Of a stretch of 42,843 bases of DNA, positions 1 to 14,248 are shown one piece after another (the stretch's first letter is position 1; each line of letters starts with the position of its first letter). A model generated the notes under the pieces. The model did not search any database. It saw only the letters and a list, made by a program, of their open reading frames with translations, and was not told the origin of the DNA. The translations under genes were made by a program, and so were the position numbers. The stretch comes from Reclinomonas americana ATCC 50394 (lineage: Eukaryota), in contig PS015178.1 in assembly GCA_048213135.1 (NCBI GenBank), positions 120,069 to 162,911 on the forward strand, read 5' to 3'.

Positions 1-489
1 CCGTCGGAATCGATTCGCCACCACTCATCACCGGCGGTAGCGGCGGCGGCGGCGGCGGCTGTCGGCTTCTCAAGGAAACGACCATCCGACTTTGGGGTGT
101 CGTCGGCACCGGCATCGCGCATGACATCACGCCGAGGCAGCGAGGACGTGATTGGCGGGGGTGGCATGCTGGCGCCGTTGCCACCGTATCCCATGGGACT
201 GTCGCACTCGCCGGTTTCCGCGGGCCACCCGCCCGTACCCCCCATGTCCATAGCGGCGGCCCTGGCTGCCAATGCCGCACCCGGAACAGTAGCATCTGGT
301 CCGGTGGACCGCGAGGTCAAGATGAAGCGACGAAAGGTCACGGTTCACGTAATGGATTACATGGGCATCATCGTGGGCGAGGAGGACGCCGAAACCAGCG
401 GCGACAGTGAAGACGGCGACGACGAGGAGGAGGAGGAAGAAGAGGAAGAAGAAGAAGAAGAAGAGGAGGAGGAGGAGAGCGAAGAATAA
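1..489 (+). CDS. 3' end of an unknown protein with low-complexity Ala/Pro-rich region and poly-Glu acidic tail (5' truncated)
   Basis: Frame 1 is open from base 1 to TAA 487-489. It ends ...KMKRRKVTVHVMDYMG...DDEEEEEEEE...SEE*, followed by AT-richer UTR-like sequence. No family recognised. Confidence 0.6.
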   Translation, partial: PSESIRHHSSPAVAAAAAAAVGFSRKRPSDFGVSSAPASRMTSRRGSEDVIGGGGMLAPLPPYPMGLSHSPVSAGHPPVPPMSIAAALAANAAPGTVASGPVDREVKMKRRKVTVHVMDYMGIIVGEEDAETSGDSEDGDDEEEEEEEEEEEEEEEEEESEE

Positions 490-863
490 GGAGAAGCGGG
501 CATAGTTCAGTTTTAGGGTGTTGTTATTTGCGACGATGAACCGCCGCGATTGCCGTGTTGAGAACAGTCAGCACTGTCGCTGGTGGTCACTCACTCATTC
601 GCAGTTTGTCGTTGGTGTTCCTTTTTCTAGTCTTCTTCGTCGTCGACCTGTTGTTAAGTAACTGCATTTTCTCTCGATTTTTTCATCTTGCGATAGTTAA
701 AAAAGAAAACAATCACTTTCCGTGTGTTCCGCTAATGCATATGTACTCACGATACCCCCATCAAACTTCACCCTCCTCCATCACTGTCACCCAGTCGTCG
801 GTCGCATCGACTGCACGCGGNNNNNNNNNNNNNNNNNNNNAGAGAGAGAGAGAGAGAGAGAGT

Positions 864-3800
864 TCAGCCCTTGATGCACCACGGCAGCAGTACCGGTAAT
901 TCGCAACACACCAGCTCCGTCAGGATCAGAGGCCAGAAGGAAATCAAATTCGAGGGAGAGATGCGCGTAATCAACACCCGGAGAGTGAAGAACACTTGCT
1001 TCTGCACCTCCGCAGTGGCTCCCGCGTACGAGCCCTTCAAACAGTCGACTGCACAGCACGAATAAGCAATTGGCCTCCCCCTCCTCCCCTCTCTCTTCTT
1101 TCCTCCACACTCACCGAGTCGCTCCTGGATGGCTGTCAGTTGCGTCAAGTAGAAATCAAAGGGTGCGGCGAACATGGCAAACGAGATGCGTTGCAGCAGG
1201 CGAGCGCGCAGAATGCCCTCGGACTCGCGCGACGCAAACACGTTCATGCTCTGGGTGCTGTTGAATTTGGCTGCGCACACACACGCGAATCAGTTTTGCC
1301 CGCTTCTCACATCATCGATATTGCACAGGGGTGCACGGACGCACCCAACAAGTCCGAGAACGACGGCTTCTCTTGGCACAACATATTGTGCACAATCGGC
1401 TTCCACGTCGATATTGTGCTCTTGTCGGACTCGAAGAAACGGTGGTCGAGGAAAATGTCCCAGGCCTCCTTCCGGAACGCCTTGACCATGTACGGATACT
1501 TGCAGAAGGAGCCCATGAGCACCACACCAGAGTAGATGTGCTGGCGCGAACTGTGACCCGCGGAGCAAATGAGCGACGAGAGTGCGCAAGTGCGCCTAAT
1601 GGGAAAGCAACACTGACCACCGCTTCTTGGAGGTGGTCGGGCGCAGCAGGTTCATCAGCTGCTGAATAGCACCCGAGACCACACTGACGGCGCGGTCCTT
1701 GTCGTCAAAGATGCGATCCACGAAACCGGCGAGGAACTCGGACAGCGTCATCAGTGGACTCTGTGGGAGTGCGGAACATGAGAAAAGAGAGGCCAGTAAA
1801 ATGCACAAGAAGATTGATGCTCCGCCGCACCTGCGACGAGTCGCGCGTCGGATCGACCGTGTCGTCGAGAACGAACGAAGCTGACGGATCTTGCAGTCTG
1901 TGTAGGTGAAGATTAGCCGCAACACTGGGCGATGAATCAACACAACAATGCCAGCCGCAACTGTGAGCTCGCCGCCTCCTTCACACCACGCTGGAATGTC
2001 TTGACCGCAACAGAAATGGAGAACTCTACATGCCGACCCACAATATCCTGTCACAAGATATACACGAGGAGTGGTGAGCCGAGTCAAGTCAGGCAGCATG
2101 CCCTCCCGCTGCGCGGGGCTGACGTACCAGCACGTCGCGCTTGACCTTGCGGTCGTCTAGCACCGCTGGTACCCGTCGAAGCAAGTCCTTCAGGATCCTG
2201 CCGACAACACATGAGCACCACCACACAAATTTGTGCTTCACATACACGCACGCACCGCAAATGCGCGACGTGGGACCACGGGTGCATGACGCGATTCATG
2301 TTGCTGTGCGAGACCACATCCTTCATGTGCTGGCACAACACTGGCACCACCGCGCGCAGCGAGTCGGGCATGGCACACTGACACACATAGTGCCACAGGA
2401 AGCTGTACACGGCTGTCTCTGACCTATTGTCACCGTGTCAGACGAAAACATCACTCGCAGAGAGAACCATCCAAGCACCACATACGCACACAGTGGCGTA
2501 GAGAGACTGCAGAGCAGCTAGTGTCGCCGGATCGGCCGACCGGCGACTCGAAGCTGAGCGCTGTCCGAGAGACTTCACGCGAACGACTTCAGTGGCCACC
2601 TGAAGGCCAGCCGCCATGATCGCATCGGGAGTGGCGCTGTCGACGCAGTTGAGTACCTCTACGACAACTGCGGGCCAGTCGCTGTCAGCTTGCGCATCGA
2701 GACCGTCCTCAAACTGTGGAGATGTGTAAGTCTACCACCCCACATGCACGCATGTGAGCTGCGAACAACAACGACGACGACGACGCAACGACCAACTCCG
2801 GCCACAGCTGACTGATGGCGCAAATCAGCTGCAAGGGGTAGTGCAACAGCAGAGGATCCACAAAGCGCAGGATGGGCTTCTCGATGCTGACTTTGGTGTG
2901 CAGACCGCCAAGTCGTGGTGCTTGTGGAGCGGCACCCTGCAAGCACCAATCAGTCACACTGTCGCCGCTGCATTACGTCTCAACGCAGGCGCAGCAAATT
3001 CCGCACCTTGGCCAACGACGGTACTCTCAGACACTTCCACACCGTGAAGAGCGACTTGAGCACTCCAGAGAGCGAGCTGAAAATGTACGTGTGCGCCTGT
3101 AACATCAATCACCAGTCAGCATCACACCGGCGTGGCAGGATTGGGAGTAGGTGGAGGGGAGAGATNNNNNNNNNNNNNNNNNNNNNNNNNNNNNNNNNNN
3201 NNNNNNNNNNNNNNNNNNNNNNNNNNNNNNNNNNNNNNNNNNNNNNNNNNNNNNNNNNNNNNNNNNNNNNNNNNNNNNNNNNNNNNNNNNNNNNNNNNNN
3301 NNNNNNNNNNNNNNNNNNNNNNNNNNNNNNNNNNNNNNNNNNNNNNNNNNNNNNNNNNNNNNNNNNNNNNNNNNNNNNNNNNNNNNNNNNNNNNNNNNNN
3401 NNNNNNNNNNNNNNNNNNNNNNNNNNNNNNNNNNNNNNNNNNNNNNNNNNNNNNNNNNNNNNNNNNNNNNNNNNNNNNNNNNNNNNNNNNNNNNNNNNNN
3501 NNNNNNNNNNNNNNNNNNNNNNNNNNNNNNNNNNNNNNNNNNNNNNNNNNNNNNNNNNNNNNNNNNNNNNNNNNNNNNNNNNNNNNNNNNNNNNNNNNNN
3601 NNNNNNNNNNNNNNNNNNNNNNNNNNNNNNNNNNNNNNNNNNNNNNNNNNNNNNNNNNNNNNNNNNNNNNNNNNNNNNNNNNNNNNNNNNNNNNNNNNNN
3701 NNNNNNNNNNNNNNNNNNNNNNNNNNNNNNNNNNNNNNNNNNNNNNNNNNNNNNNNNNNNNNNNNNNNNNNNNNNNNNNNNNNNNNNNNNNNNNNNNNNN

Positions 3801-6800
3801 NNNNNNNNNNNNNNNNNNNNNNNNNNNNNNNNNNNNNNNNNNNNNGCAACTCGGGTCCTTCTCGCTGCTGCAGTACTGGATCGACTATGTGTGTGCCTTC
3901 TTGCCGCTGCTCAACTCGTCGTTGACGGTGGTGGTATCGACCTTGGTGCCCAAGTTCTCCGAAATGATTGCCACCATGGCACTCGCTGGCATTGATGCGG
4001 TGACGAGCTCCGAATTGCAAGGTCTGCTGCGCGGCCTCACACAAACAGTGTCGTACTGCTTGCTCGAGTATGAGCCGCGTGCGGGCACGAAAGGCTGGCG
4101 AGGTGCGTTGTTGGTCGAGACCCCCACGTTCTGCAGGGTTCTGTAGACTTAGTTTGCGCGCACACGCAGTGTCGGACATGAGCTCGGGGGGCAGCGATCT
4201 GTCGCCGATCGATGTCGGCCGGGACTCATCGTTTGCCAACGACGACGCAGGCAATCAGCCCGTGGGTCTCGCCGGCAGCGGTGGAAGCTCTGGTCGCGGA
4301 CCCACGCCCAGCTCGCCATCGAACGGCGGAGGTGCTGGTGCCGATGTGGGAGCACAGGACAGTGCCGGTGGTGATGGACAAGGTGCCGCCGGTGCTTCTG
4401 CTGCTGGGTACGTGTATGTGCTTGCACAATCGTCGCTGCTGTCGCTGAATTCAATGCAGTGATGATTCAATGACTGGTGGTGTCGATCGACGGGGTGGTG
4501 CGGGCGCTCGCGGTGGAACTCTGTTGAGTGCGCCACTGCGCATGTTTACGGACTTTATCAAGGACACGTTTTCGAGCGAGAATCCGCAGGCTGAGGGTCC
4601 CTCGGCCAAGGACGAGGTAGGGAGGGAGTTTTTCGTTCAGGAGACGGGAGGAGTAGAGACGACCATTTGTTCTCCCTCCTTGTTTCCCCTCCCCNNNNNN
4701 NNNNNNNNNNNNNNNNNNNNNNNNNNNNNNNNNNNNNNNNNNNNNNNNNNNNNNNNNNNNNNNNNNNNNNNNNNNNNNNNNNNNNNNNNNNNNNNNNNNN
4801 NNNNNNNNNNNNNNNNNNNNNNNNNNNNNNNNNNNNNNNNNNNNNNNNNNNNNNNNNNNNNNNNNNNNNNNNNNNNNNNNNNNNNNNNNNNNNNNNNNNN
4901 NNNNNNNNNNNNNNNNNNNNNNNNNNNNNNNNNNNNNNNNNNNNNNNNNNNNNNNNNNNNNNNNNNNNNNNNNNNNNNNNNNTTCCTGCAGCGACCAAAA
5001 CAAGGAAGACATGTTTGGCCGACAGTTTTCCCCTCATTACAGTGACGTGAGCACCAACCTCGAGCCACTCGGTCGTGTCCAAGCCGGCATCTGTGACTGG
5101 CGACTGTGCACCAGCGCCAACCACAGATATGATCGGCAAACCGCCGGGGCCTGGACGATGTCGAATCATGGTCGATTTGGACACGGCCGCCGCCAAACCA
5201 GTGTGAATGATGCTCAAGAAGTGCGCCGACGTCACAAACGAGTCGGGCGAGATGCCACCGAGAATCAACTCCAACTCGGTGCCGCCGATAACTTCTGAAG
5301 CGCAAGAGACGAGTGCGTGAGCAAACGCACCGGCGACGACGCCATCGGTGAGAGTGTGTTGACTCACCAAACTGATCCTCGCGTCGCTGGCTGTCCGAGT
5401 CGCACGGATACTCTGCATGTTTATGCGTGTGGTGTTGGTAAACGGGATGATGCGATTCTCCCACCTTCCCCACACACACATCCACGCAACGAGGGAACAG
5501 CGAGAGAATCGACGAGGCCCACGAGCCGACCTCGGCCGACGCACGCAGCGGAGGATGACCGTCCACGCTGCGCTGCTTGCTCTGGTACTGCACCGAATCG
5601 AACTCGTATAGACGCACCAGCACCGAGTGAATGAGGGCCAGCAACTACACAGAGTACACCACGCGTTATAAGGAATTGAATTGAAACCATAGAGACACAA
5701 CCCCCTGCCGCATCAAGACGAAACGTGGACTTGCAGCACAGGATCGGCGTGCTCGACAGCGACACGCAGGTGATGGAGCGCCATGTTGGCCAGCGAGGCC
5801 GCGCACAGGACCGATCGCTTCAGCGGGCGCATGTGGAACAGCAGCGATCGGAGCAGGAACACGCTGCAGGCAAAAAAGGCAAAAAGTTACGCTCTGGCAA
5901 AGAAAGCCAACACTCAAATGTCACACAAACCTGTTGGTGCGGATTGCTGCCGCGCTGACAGCGTCCTCCACACGCAAGTCACCGTAGCCGTACACGACCA
6001 GCCGCGAGCACACACCAAGCAGCAATCCGAGGTAATCCTCGGAGCTTAGCAGCGACGTGCGGGAAGCACCGATGCCCATGTACTCGTCTGATCGTGATCG
6101 CGCACCCGTGAATACATCCCTTCATCTCACGCTAACCCTCCTCTTTGTTCCTCCACGTACCATCAGCAAACTGTGGCGGGCACACATTGGTGGCAAAGCT
6201 GTTGTACAGCGACCGAGTGACTCGGCGCGTGGCCAGCGCCTCGATGAAATCCACTGGACACACTTCGAGAATGGACTGGATCTTGCGCAGCGAATACAGC
6301 GTGCGTCTGCACAACATATACGTCAAGACACGCACACCGCCGTGTTTTTTCACAAGGCCACACACACACACACCCCTCATCCAGCATCAGCTGCGTCGTG
6401 CTGCCATTCTGTCGGCCGTACGCGAGAAACTCGTCGTCGTACAGCAGCCACAGCAGTGGATCCAGCAGACGATTCACATTGGCCACCACGGCATCGCGCA
6501 TCCACGTGCGTCCAAGCAACTGCAGATTCGGCTGTGTGGCATAGACCGTGTCGAGCATCAGGGCCAATCCGGTCTCCAGGCCGCACTCGTTCGGCTTCAG
6601 CTCGTCGAGAATACGCCAGAAGAGTGCGTAGCGGCAGTACGGCTCCAGGAAAAAGTTCTTGCTCGTCGAATCCTTGCGCACCATGTCGTCTGCATCGCAG
6701 CGAGGATGTGAGGAAGACGTCAACAAGAGTGCATGCGCCTGCGACTCTGCACACTTGCCTGTGATGACACGCTGGCACGTGTCGACGCACAACTCGTTCA

Positions 6801-9800
6801 ACTCGATGAACATTTTGGCGGCCTCAAAGTGATGCGCGGCAGCATCAAGCGCCAAGAAATTCCACAGCTGCCGAGAGACCATAACGCGTGTGTGCGTCGA
6901 TGAAGGTCGTCACAACATTAATCAGCTGCATGCCGTGCGCGCGCCTTACCTGCGAGGCAATGATGCGCGGATAGTCCGAGTAGTACAGCATGTGCTCCAT
7001 CACGGCTGGCGGGTAACCGAGGTGCACCACCGAGAAGAGATCCAAGAAGGCGCGGATACCCGACGACGCCACGTACACATCCGGCAACTGCGCAGAAACA
7101 CATGCATCACATGCCAGCTTCTATTCACCACCGACGTCAAGACGACAAACACGAACCTCGCAGAACTTGATCAGCGCAGCAAAGTGCAGACCAGGGAACG
7201 CGTCGGCCGACGGTACCGCCGTGTGTACGCCCTTTAACTTCTGCCACTCAGTGCGCACGGCGATAAACTCATGCACAAGCTGCGAGAAGCCGTGTGGGTC
7301 GGCAGGAACGCCGTACAGAGTCTCCGTCTGCATACGCACGGTCATTCACACTTGTACACACACTTCCCCACGACGAAGACGGCGACGACGACGACGCAAC
7401 ATCCGCTGGACCCTCGGACGGGGGCGGATCCTGCGAGGCCACCGACGGCAGATCCTCGTGCGACGCAATCGCCTTGGCCACGCTGCTCGTGGAGACCGTG
7501 GTCTCCAAAATAACCAACACCGACGTGATGAGACGCACAATCTCAGGCAAGTCCTCGGTGGCATGTGCCTGCACTGCGACCACGCGTGCACTAAAGAACT
7601 CGGCGAGGAACTTTTGGTAGAGCAGGCGCGCATGCACCACGTCACAAAACGCCGGCAACACACGGGACGACACGCCATACGACATGTCCATGCGATTGAT
7701 CTGGCGAGGTTCCCGCAAGTCAGCACTGCATCACACGACATGAGATGACAGGGAAACTCAGATGCACTGACCAGCTTCAACGCCAGCTGCAGTGCCGCGT
7801 AAATCATGAGGAAGTCTGCCTCGTAAACGTAGTCCTGTGGGGAAGAAGTGATGATGAGTATCTCGCAGGTGTCATCATCCGCAGTCGTTTCACACGCAAC
7901 GAAGCAAAACTTGGTCACCGACAGCAGCATCCGCGGAAAGTGTTTCCACACCACGGCCTCGCTCTTCGGCAGCACGTCAAGCGTGTAAATCAGCATGTGG
8001 AAGCGCTGTGCGATGCAGCGTGGGCGTGAGTTTCTAGCCGTGCTCGTTACAGTCTCGAGCTACACGACTCACTTCGACATCACCACTGTCCGTGATGTTT
8101 GTGGTGGCCAGCAGCGACTCGATGCACATCCACACATCCTCGTAGGTGACGAGCTCAAAGAACCGCTGCTGCGCCTCGGTCAGCTGCGCGACGTCCTCTT
8201 CGCAGTCAGCCACAAAACGGCACCATAGAATGTGATCAATTGCACACAAAAACACACCGCCCCGTTTGACATGTAGATTGCGCGCAGTGCCGGCACCACA
8301 ATGTACGGCACAATGTCCATGTCGATGAGCTCCGAGCGCGACACAATGTTGGTCGCCACGCGGAAGGCGCGGTCCAGAATGGCGGCGTTGACCTTGCTCG
8401 TGTTGACGGCAGCACCCGAGGATGCAGCATCGCCACTCACACTCGTGTCCGCACTACCGCCACTCCCAGCTGCTCCCGCTGCTCCCCCAGCAGAGCCACC
8501 CGCCGATGAGCTGGCATTCGGCATCGGCAGTGCCGAGACCAGGAACAGATTCTGTGAATATAAACACCCGTCGATGCATCAGCCTCCAACGCAGGATTAG
8601 ATAGAAACAGTTGATCGCACCTGCAACCCTTCGATCAGGAAGCCGCGGGAGTACTCCATGAAATACTCACGGTCGAATTCGCCACCACCGTACAGCCAAC
8701 TAAAGAAGCGACGCATGATGGGAACCTCCCGTGAGGCCAGTGTCGGTAACGAGGCCTTGAGCAGCAACAGCTTGTGACTCGGATCAAACATGCTGTGTTG
8801 GATGGTGAGTTGCGGAGCTCACACGAGACAGATAATGTCGCTGTGACGCAACTCGTCGCTGAACGGCACCAGAGTGGTGATAAAGTCCAGTGATCCACGC
8901 TGCACCAACACGGCCTGGTCTTGCACGCAGGCACACAGTGACTTGAGCACCACACCGCGTTGTCGTTGCAGGCAGTTGCGCATGACTGTGTCGACGGAAG
9001 CATGAGGAATACACTTCCATAATCAGCCAGTGGCAACACACACGCACACACCTGGAGCCCCGTCCTTTGACAACTTCTCGTTGAGGTAGTTGAAGCCGCC
9101 GAGTCGGTACTGTGCACACAACAAGAGACCCTCGAAGATGGCGCGGTAAAACTCGTCTGGGCTCGTCATCTCCTCAATGTAGTCCAGAAAGTCGCGGACC
9201 TGACGGGAGACACAAGTGGTCAGTTGCGCTGTGGCGGCATGCACATCGCGCGTGAGTGCACGTGCCTTGTCAAACACATCGGTGCCTGGCTCCTCCATGC
9301 CAGGCAGCAGAGCCAACACCAGACCCGGCAACGCCGGAGCGAGTGCCGCTTGCAACTTGTCCACCAAGTGCTCACGAATCAGGGCCAGCACTTGCGGCTG
9401 TACGCATACATGCACAGTCACGACCACTACCTCTCACACACAATCACACGCACACGCGTGCGCACCCTAATTTGCACAGAGGCTCGCTGAAAGAACGGAA
9501 ACAAGCCGACGCTGTACAGCGGCAGATCCCGCGCCAGTGTGGACGGCTGTGCATTCACCGACACGCGTAATGAGCAAAGGAAGCGCGCGTGATGCATGTG
9601 CCTCGAGAGCGACAACGTGCCTCCATGCGATTCAAGATAATAGCATACGTCTCCAACACCTTCATGTGCACGCCACCCGGCAGCGCCGGATTCAAGCACT
9701 GCGCCAGTCGCTTGGCCACCGTGACCTTGTCCTGCGCACCGCTGTGAGGGAAGGCACACACGCACACAGCATGCAACTACAGCAAGCAGCGCGGGCGCAA

Positions 9801-9874
9801 CTGGCACAGTGGTGAACTCGTTGAAGCGTTGAAACGTCTGCATGCACTTAATGAGCCATTGCAATCACAGCAGC

Positions 9875-9906
<32 letters not shown>

Positions 9907-10308
9907 GAGCAACAGTGCCTTTTGCAGTCTTTGCAAGCAGCGAATGAGATCGGCCCTGCACAAGAACACACACAGTCAATCACACTCTGTCGTGCTGAAC
10001 AAGCCGCGTGCACATGAGCGTGCGAGGGAGAGACGCACCACTCGCGCACTTGATCAAACAATCTGCAATCACATCATCAATGTGAGAAATGCATGCGCAC
10101 GCCTGGATCACACGACACACTCACCGCAACACCGCCTGCATCTCATCCGCGAACGGGCGATAGCGCGACTTGCGCGATTCTGCATGTGCGTGGGCGTGTG
10201 TGTGTGTGAGAGCGTGAGCAAGAACCAAAATGAACAACATGGCGCACACGCGCTCACACAGACACACACGCGTGCTCGCCACTCACCCATCTCCTCCATT
10301 GACTCCAT
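864..10308 (-). CDS. DOP1: Dopey/DOP1 family large HEAT-like trafficking protein, multi-exon (C-terminus runs into gap; one internal contig flipped)
   Basis: Putative ATG 10308. Spliced N-terminus has Dopey_N motifs '[28 protein letters not shown]', '[16 protein letters not shown]', '[11 protein letters not shown]', 'RRFFSWL'. C-terminal '[27 protein letters not shown]' matches recalled Dopey C-terminus. Internal exon boundaries not all resolved. Confidence 0.9.
3846..4694 (+). CDS. DOP1: Internal Dopey segment on an inverted contig
   Basis: '[27 protein letters not shown]...[14 protein letters not shown]' resembles the Dopey mid/C region (recalled human 'HWIGLITSTLPYMG...LLEGITAIIHYCLL'). 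It reads on + while flanking Dopey exons read on -. Bounded by N gaps. Confidence 0.7.
9877..9905. repeat. (AAC)n microsatellite in a Dopey intron
   Basis: Direct reading of tandem aac units. Confidence 0.9.
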
Positions 10309-10408
10309 CGCTAACAATGCGCACACGTGTGTGTGCGTGTGTGTGTATCGATGGCAATCACAGCTGAGCGCGGATCGACTAAAATCTTCACTTGCCAGTA
10401 CTGTCACA

Positions 10409-11308
10409 ATGATCGAGAGGAGATTACACGTGCTTGTTCTCTCGTGTTTGTTGCTTGTGTGTGTGTGCGATGCGGGGAGAGCGCCACTGACATACCACCC
10501 CGACACGCGCTTGTACACGGTCGATGTGGTGTTTGGAATCAGTGATGACACGGGTGACTTGGCGTCGCCTCCACTGCCCATGGTGTTTGACACTGGTGAG
10601 TAAGCAAAGAGTGTGTGTGAGTGAGTGTGAGCAAGAGCAAGTGACAGATGCCTTATGTGTCGCAGGGAGCTACTGGACGATGGCGATCTGTTGCTCGGCG
10701 ACTGACACCTCGGCGGGATGCTCGTCGCCGCGCGTGTTGCCTCTGTGCAGTTGAGTGTCTCACACTGTGCCACGTACACTCATGGCATCCTCACTCGGTT
10801 GTCCGCAGGCGATCGACCACTGAAGGTGTCAGAGTTGCGCATTGATGGCACCACGGTGTCGATGCGTGGCGAGTACTACTCGAGGTACACGCTGGCGGTG
10901 CCTGGGGCGCTGCCAAACAAGAGCGACAAGACGTACGATCTGTTTGCTGGCACCCCGCAGGGCGATTCGTCGCCGTTCTACTGGGGCAACACCAAGGGTC
11001 AGCTGGGCTCCGCCGGTCTCATTGTGGTGCGCGACAGCGTGGTGCAGTTTCTCGGCTTCTACCAGCTGGCTTCGCAGCAGCAGGTGACACGCTTTGCGTT
11101 GGATTTGCACGGCTCGTCGGGCGCCAGCTTCTTGACCACCGACACGGATGTGGACACGGGTGGCACGCTGTTGGCCTCGGAGCCGTACCTGGGTGGTGTG
11201 AACACGCGCAGTCATGTGTTGCGCATCTACCACCTGACTGCGTGCGGCGTGGACTTGTTCTCGTACTACGCCTCCAACTGGTTGACGCTGGTCGATACGG
11301 GCTCGCGG
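10409..11308 (+). CDS. Secreted pepsin-like (A1) aspartic protease, 3' part lost in gap
   Basis: Signal-peptide-like 'MIERRLHVLVLSCLLLVCVCDA'. Two catalytic-type motifs: 'PMVFDTG|SYW' (split by an intron) and 'LTLVDTGS'. Confidence 0.75.
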
Positions 11309-11480
11309 NNNNNNNNNNNNNNNNNNNNNNNNNNNNNNNNNNNNNNNNNNNNNNNNNNNNNNNNNNNNNNNNNNNNNNNNNNNNNNNNNNNNNNNNNNNN
11401 NNNNNNNNNNNNNNNNNNNNNNNNNNNNNNNNNNNNNNNNNNNNNNNNNNNNNNNNNNNNNNNNNNNNNNNNNNNNNNNN

Positions 11481-11974
<494 letters not shown>

Positions 11975-12537
11975 CTGCACAGTGAGAGAGAGAGAGAGAG
12001 AGAGTGAGAGTGAGTCACAATCAGCGAGAGANNNNNNNNNNNNNNNNNNNNNNNNNNNNNNNNNNNNNNNNNNNNNNNNNNNNNNNNNNNNNNNNNNNNN
12101 NNNNNNNNNNNNNNNNNNNNNNNNNNNNNNNNNNNNNNNNNNNNNNNNNNNNNNNNNNNNNNNNNNNNNNNNNNNNNNNNNNNNNNNNNNNNNNNNNNNN
12201 NNNNNNNNNNNNNNNNNNNNNNNNNNNNNNNNNNNNNNNNNNNNNNNNNNNNNNNNNNNNNNNNNNNNNNNNNNNNNNNNNNNNNNNNNNNNNNNNNNNN
12301 NNNNNNNNNNNNNNNNNNNNNNNNNNNNNNNNNNNNNNNNNNNNNNNNNNNNNNNNNNNNNNNNNNNNNNNNNNNNNNNNNNNNNNNNNNNNNNNNNNNN
12401 NNNNNNNNNNNNNNNNNNNNNNNNNNNNNNNNNNNNNNNNNNNNNNNNNNNNNNNNNNNNNNNNNNNNNNNNNNNNNNNNNNNNNNNNNNNNNNNNNNNN
12501 NNNNNNNNNNNNNNNNNNNNNNNNNNNNNNNNNNNNN

Positions 12538-13498
12538 TCTTTGGCACACGCGTCGTCGACACCGCCGTGACGAGCTTGGCTCCGTTGCGCGCAATACCCT
12601 CTGACTCGTACTTGCGACCGACCATGAAGCCGGTGATATTCTGTCGCTCCCCGGTTACAAAACTTGACGAACACAAACGATGACACACGACCGACTTGTG
12701 TGTGCGCGCGCACCTGCAAGAAGAGCAGCGGAACCTTGCGTTGCGAGCACAACTCGACAAAGTGCGCTCCCTTCAACGCCGACTCGGAGAACAGAATGCC
12801 ATTGTTGGCAACAATGCCGACCTGCTGGCCGTACAACTTGGCGAAGCCGGTGACGAGCGTCTCGCCGTACAGCTTCTTCCACTCGTCGAAGCGACTGCCG
12901 TCCACCACACGCGCAATGACCTTGCGGACATCGAACGGTTGGCGCAGATCGTGCGGCACAATGCCCCACAGCTCACGAGAATCGTAGCGCGGTTCCTCAA
13001 TCTACGATAGAGAGAGAGGGGTATGTGATTGATTATTTTGTGAACCGAGAAGCAAAGAAATGATGACCGCGTCACGTACCTCGCCAGCGGAGAAGCCACG
13101 CAGTGGGTCGTTGTGCTGGCGGTAGTTGAGTGTGGCGACGGCACGGCGAGCCAGGTAGAGAGCATGCAGGTCGTCGGTGGCGTAGTGATCGGTCACACCC
13201 GACGTGCGGCAGTGCACATCGGCGCCACCGAGATCCTCAGCCGACACCACCTCACCCGTGGCGGCCTTGACCAGCGGCGGGCCGCCGAGGAAAATGGTGC
13301 CATTGCCCTTCACAATGATTGATTCGTCGCACATGGCCGGCACGTAAGCGCCACCGGCCGTGCACGAGCCCATCACCACGGCGATTTGTGGAATACCCTG
13401 CGCACTCATGTTGGCCTGGTTGAAGAAGATGCGACCAAAATGATCGCGGTCGGGGAACACGTCGGCCTGGCGTGGCAAGTTTGCACCACCGCTGTCCA
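12538..13498 (-). CDS. MCCC2: Methylcrotonoyl-CoA carboxylase beta subunit, middle exons (inverted contig)
   Basis: '[31 protein letters not shown]', '[13 protein letters not shown]', '[24 protein letters not shown]', '[12 protein letters not shown]...TTRVPK'. Confidence 0.95.
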
Positions 13499-13560
13499 CT
13501 GTGCGCGCAGAGTTGGTGGTGAGAAGAACNNNNNNNNNNNNNNNNNNNNNNNNNNNNNNN

Positions 13561-14151
13561 TCACCACCATTATCGGCGGCAGCTTTGGTGCCGGCAACTA
13601 CGGCATGTGCGGTCGTGCGTTTGATCCGCGCTTCCTGTTCATGTGGCCAAACTCGCGCATCTCGGTCATGGGCGGCCCGCAAGCGGCCAGCGTCTTGTCC
13701 ACAGTTTCGTTGGGAGAGAGACGGAGACAAAAAGGGGGTCGTTGCTGAACTCCCTTTGCTCTGCCGTGCAGATTCAGCGCGACAATATGGAGAAGAGCGG
13801 CAAGACGTGGAGCCAGCAGGAGGAGGCCGATTTTACGGTGAGTTGGCATGTCTGTGTCGAGGCGCTGCTACGCCGAACTCATTTCATTAACTGCGCTGCG
13901 TGACAGGCACCCATTGTTGACAAGTACGAGAAGGAGGGCCACCCGAGCTTCAGCTCGGCTCGTTTGTGGGACGACGGCGTCATTATGCCGCACGACACCC
14001 GCCGCGTCCTCGGTACGTTGTGCACACACGAGATTGATTGCTTTTTCAAGCTGTCTCTCACTGTGCGTGGGTGCATGCAGGCTTGGCGCTGTTGGCGTCC
14101 GTCAGGAATGCACCAATCGAGGACACGAAGTTCGGTGTGTTCCGCATGTAA
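13561..14151 (+). CDS. MCCC2: Methylcrotonoyl-CoA carboxylase beta subunit, C-terminal exons
   Basis: '[30 protein letters not shown]', '[10 protein letters not shown]', ends 'FGVFRM*' at TAA 14149-14151. Confidence 0.95.
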
Positions 14152-14248
14152 CACGATACGCTGCCCGTTCGGCTACACCCGGGATGAATACACGACGTGG
14201 TTTTCGTTTACTGATGACGCGTTCATGGCACACGATTCGATCGACCAC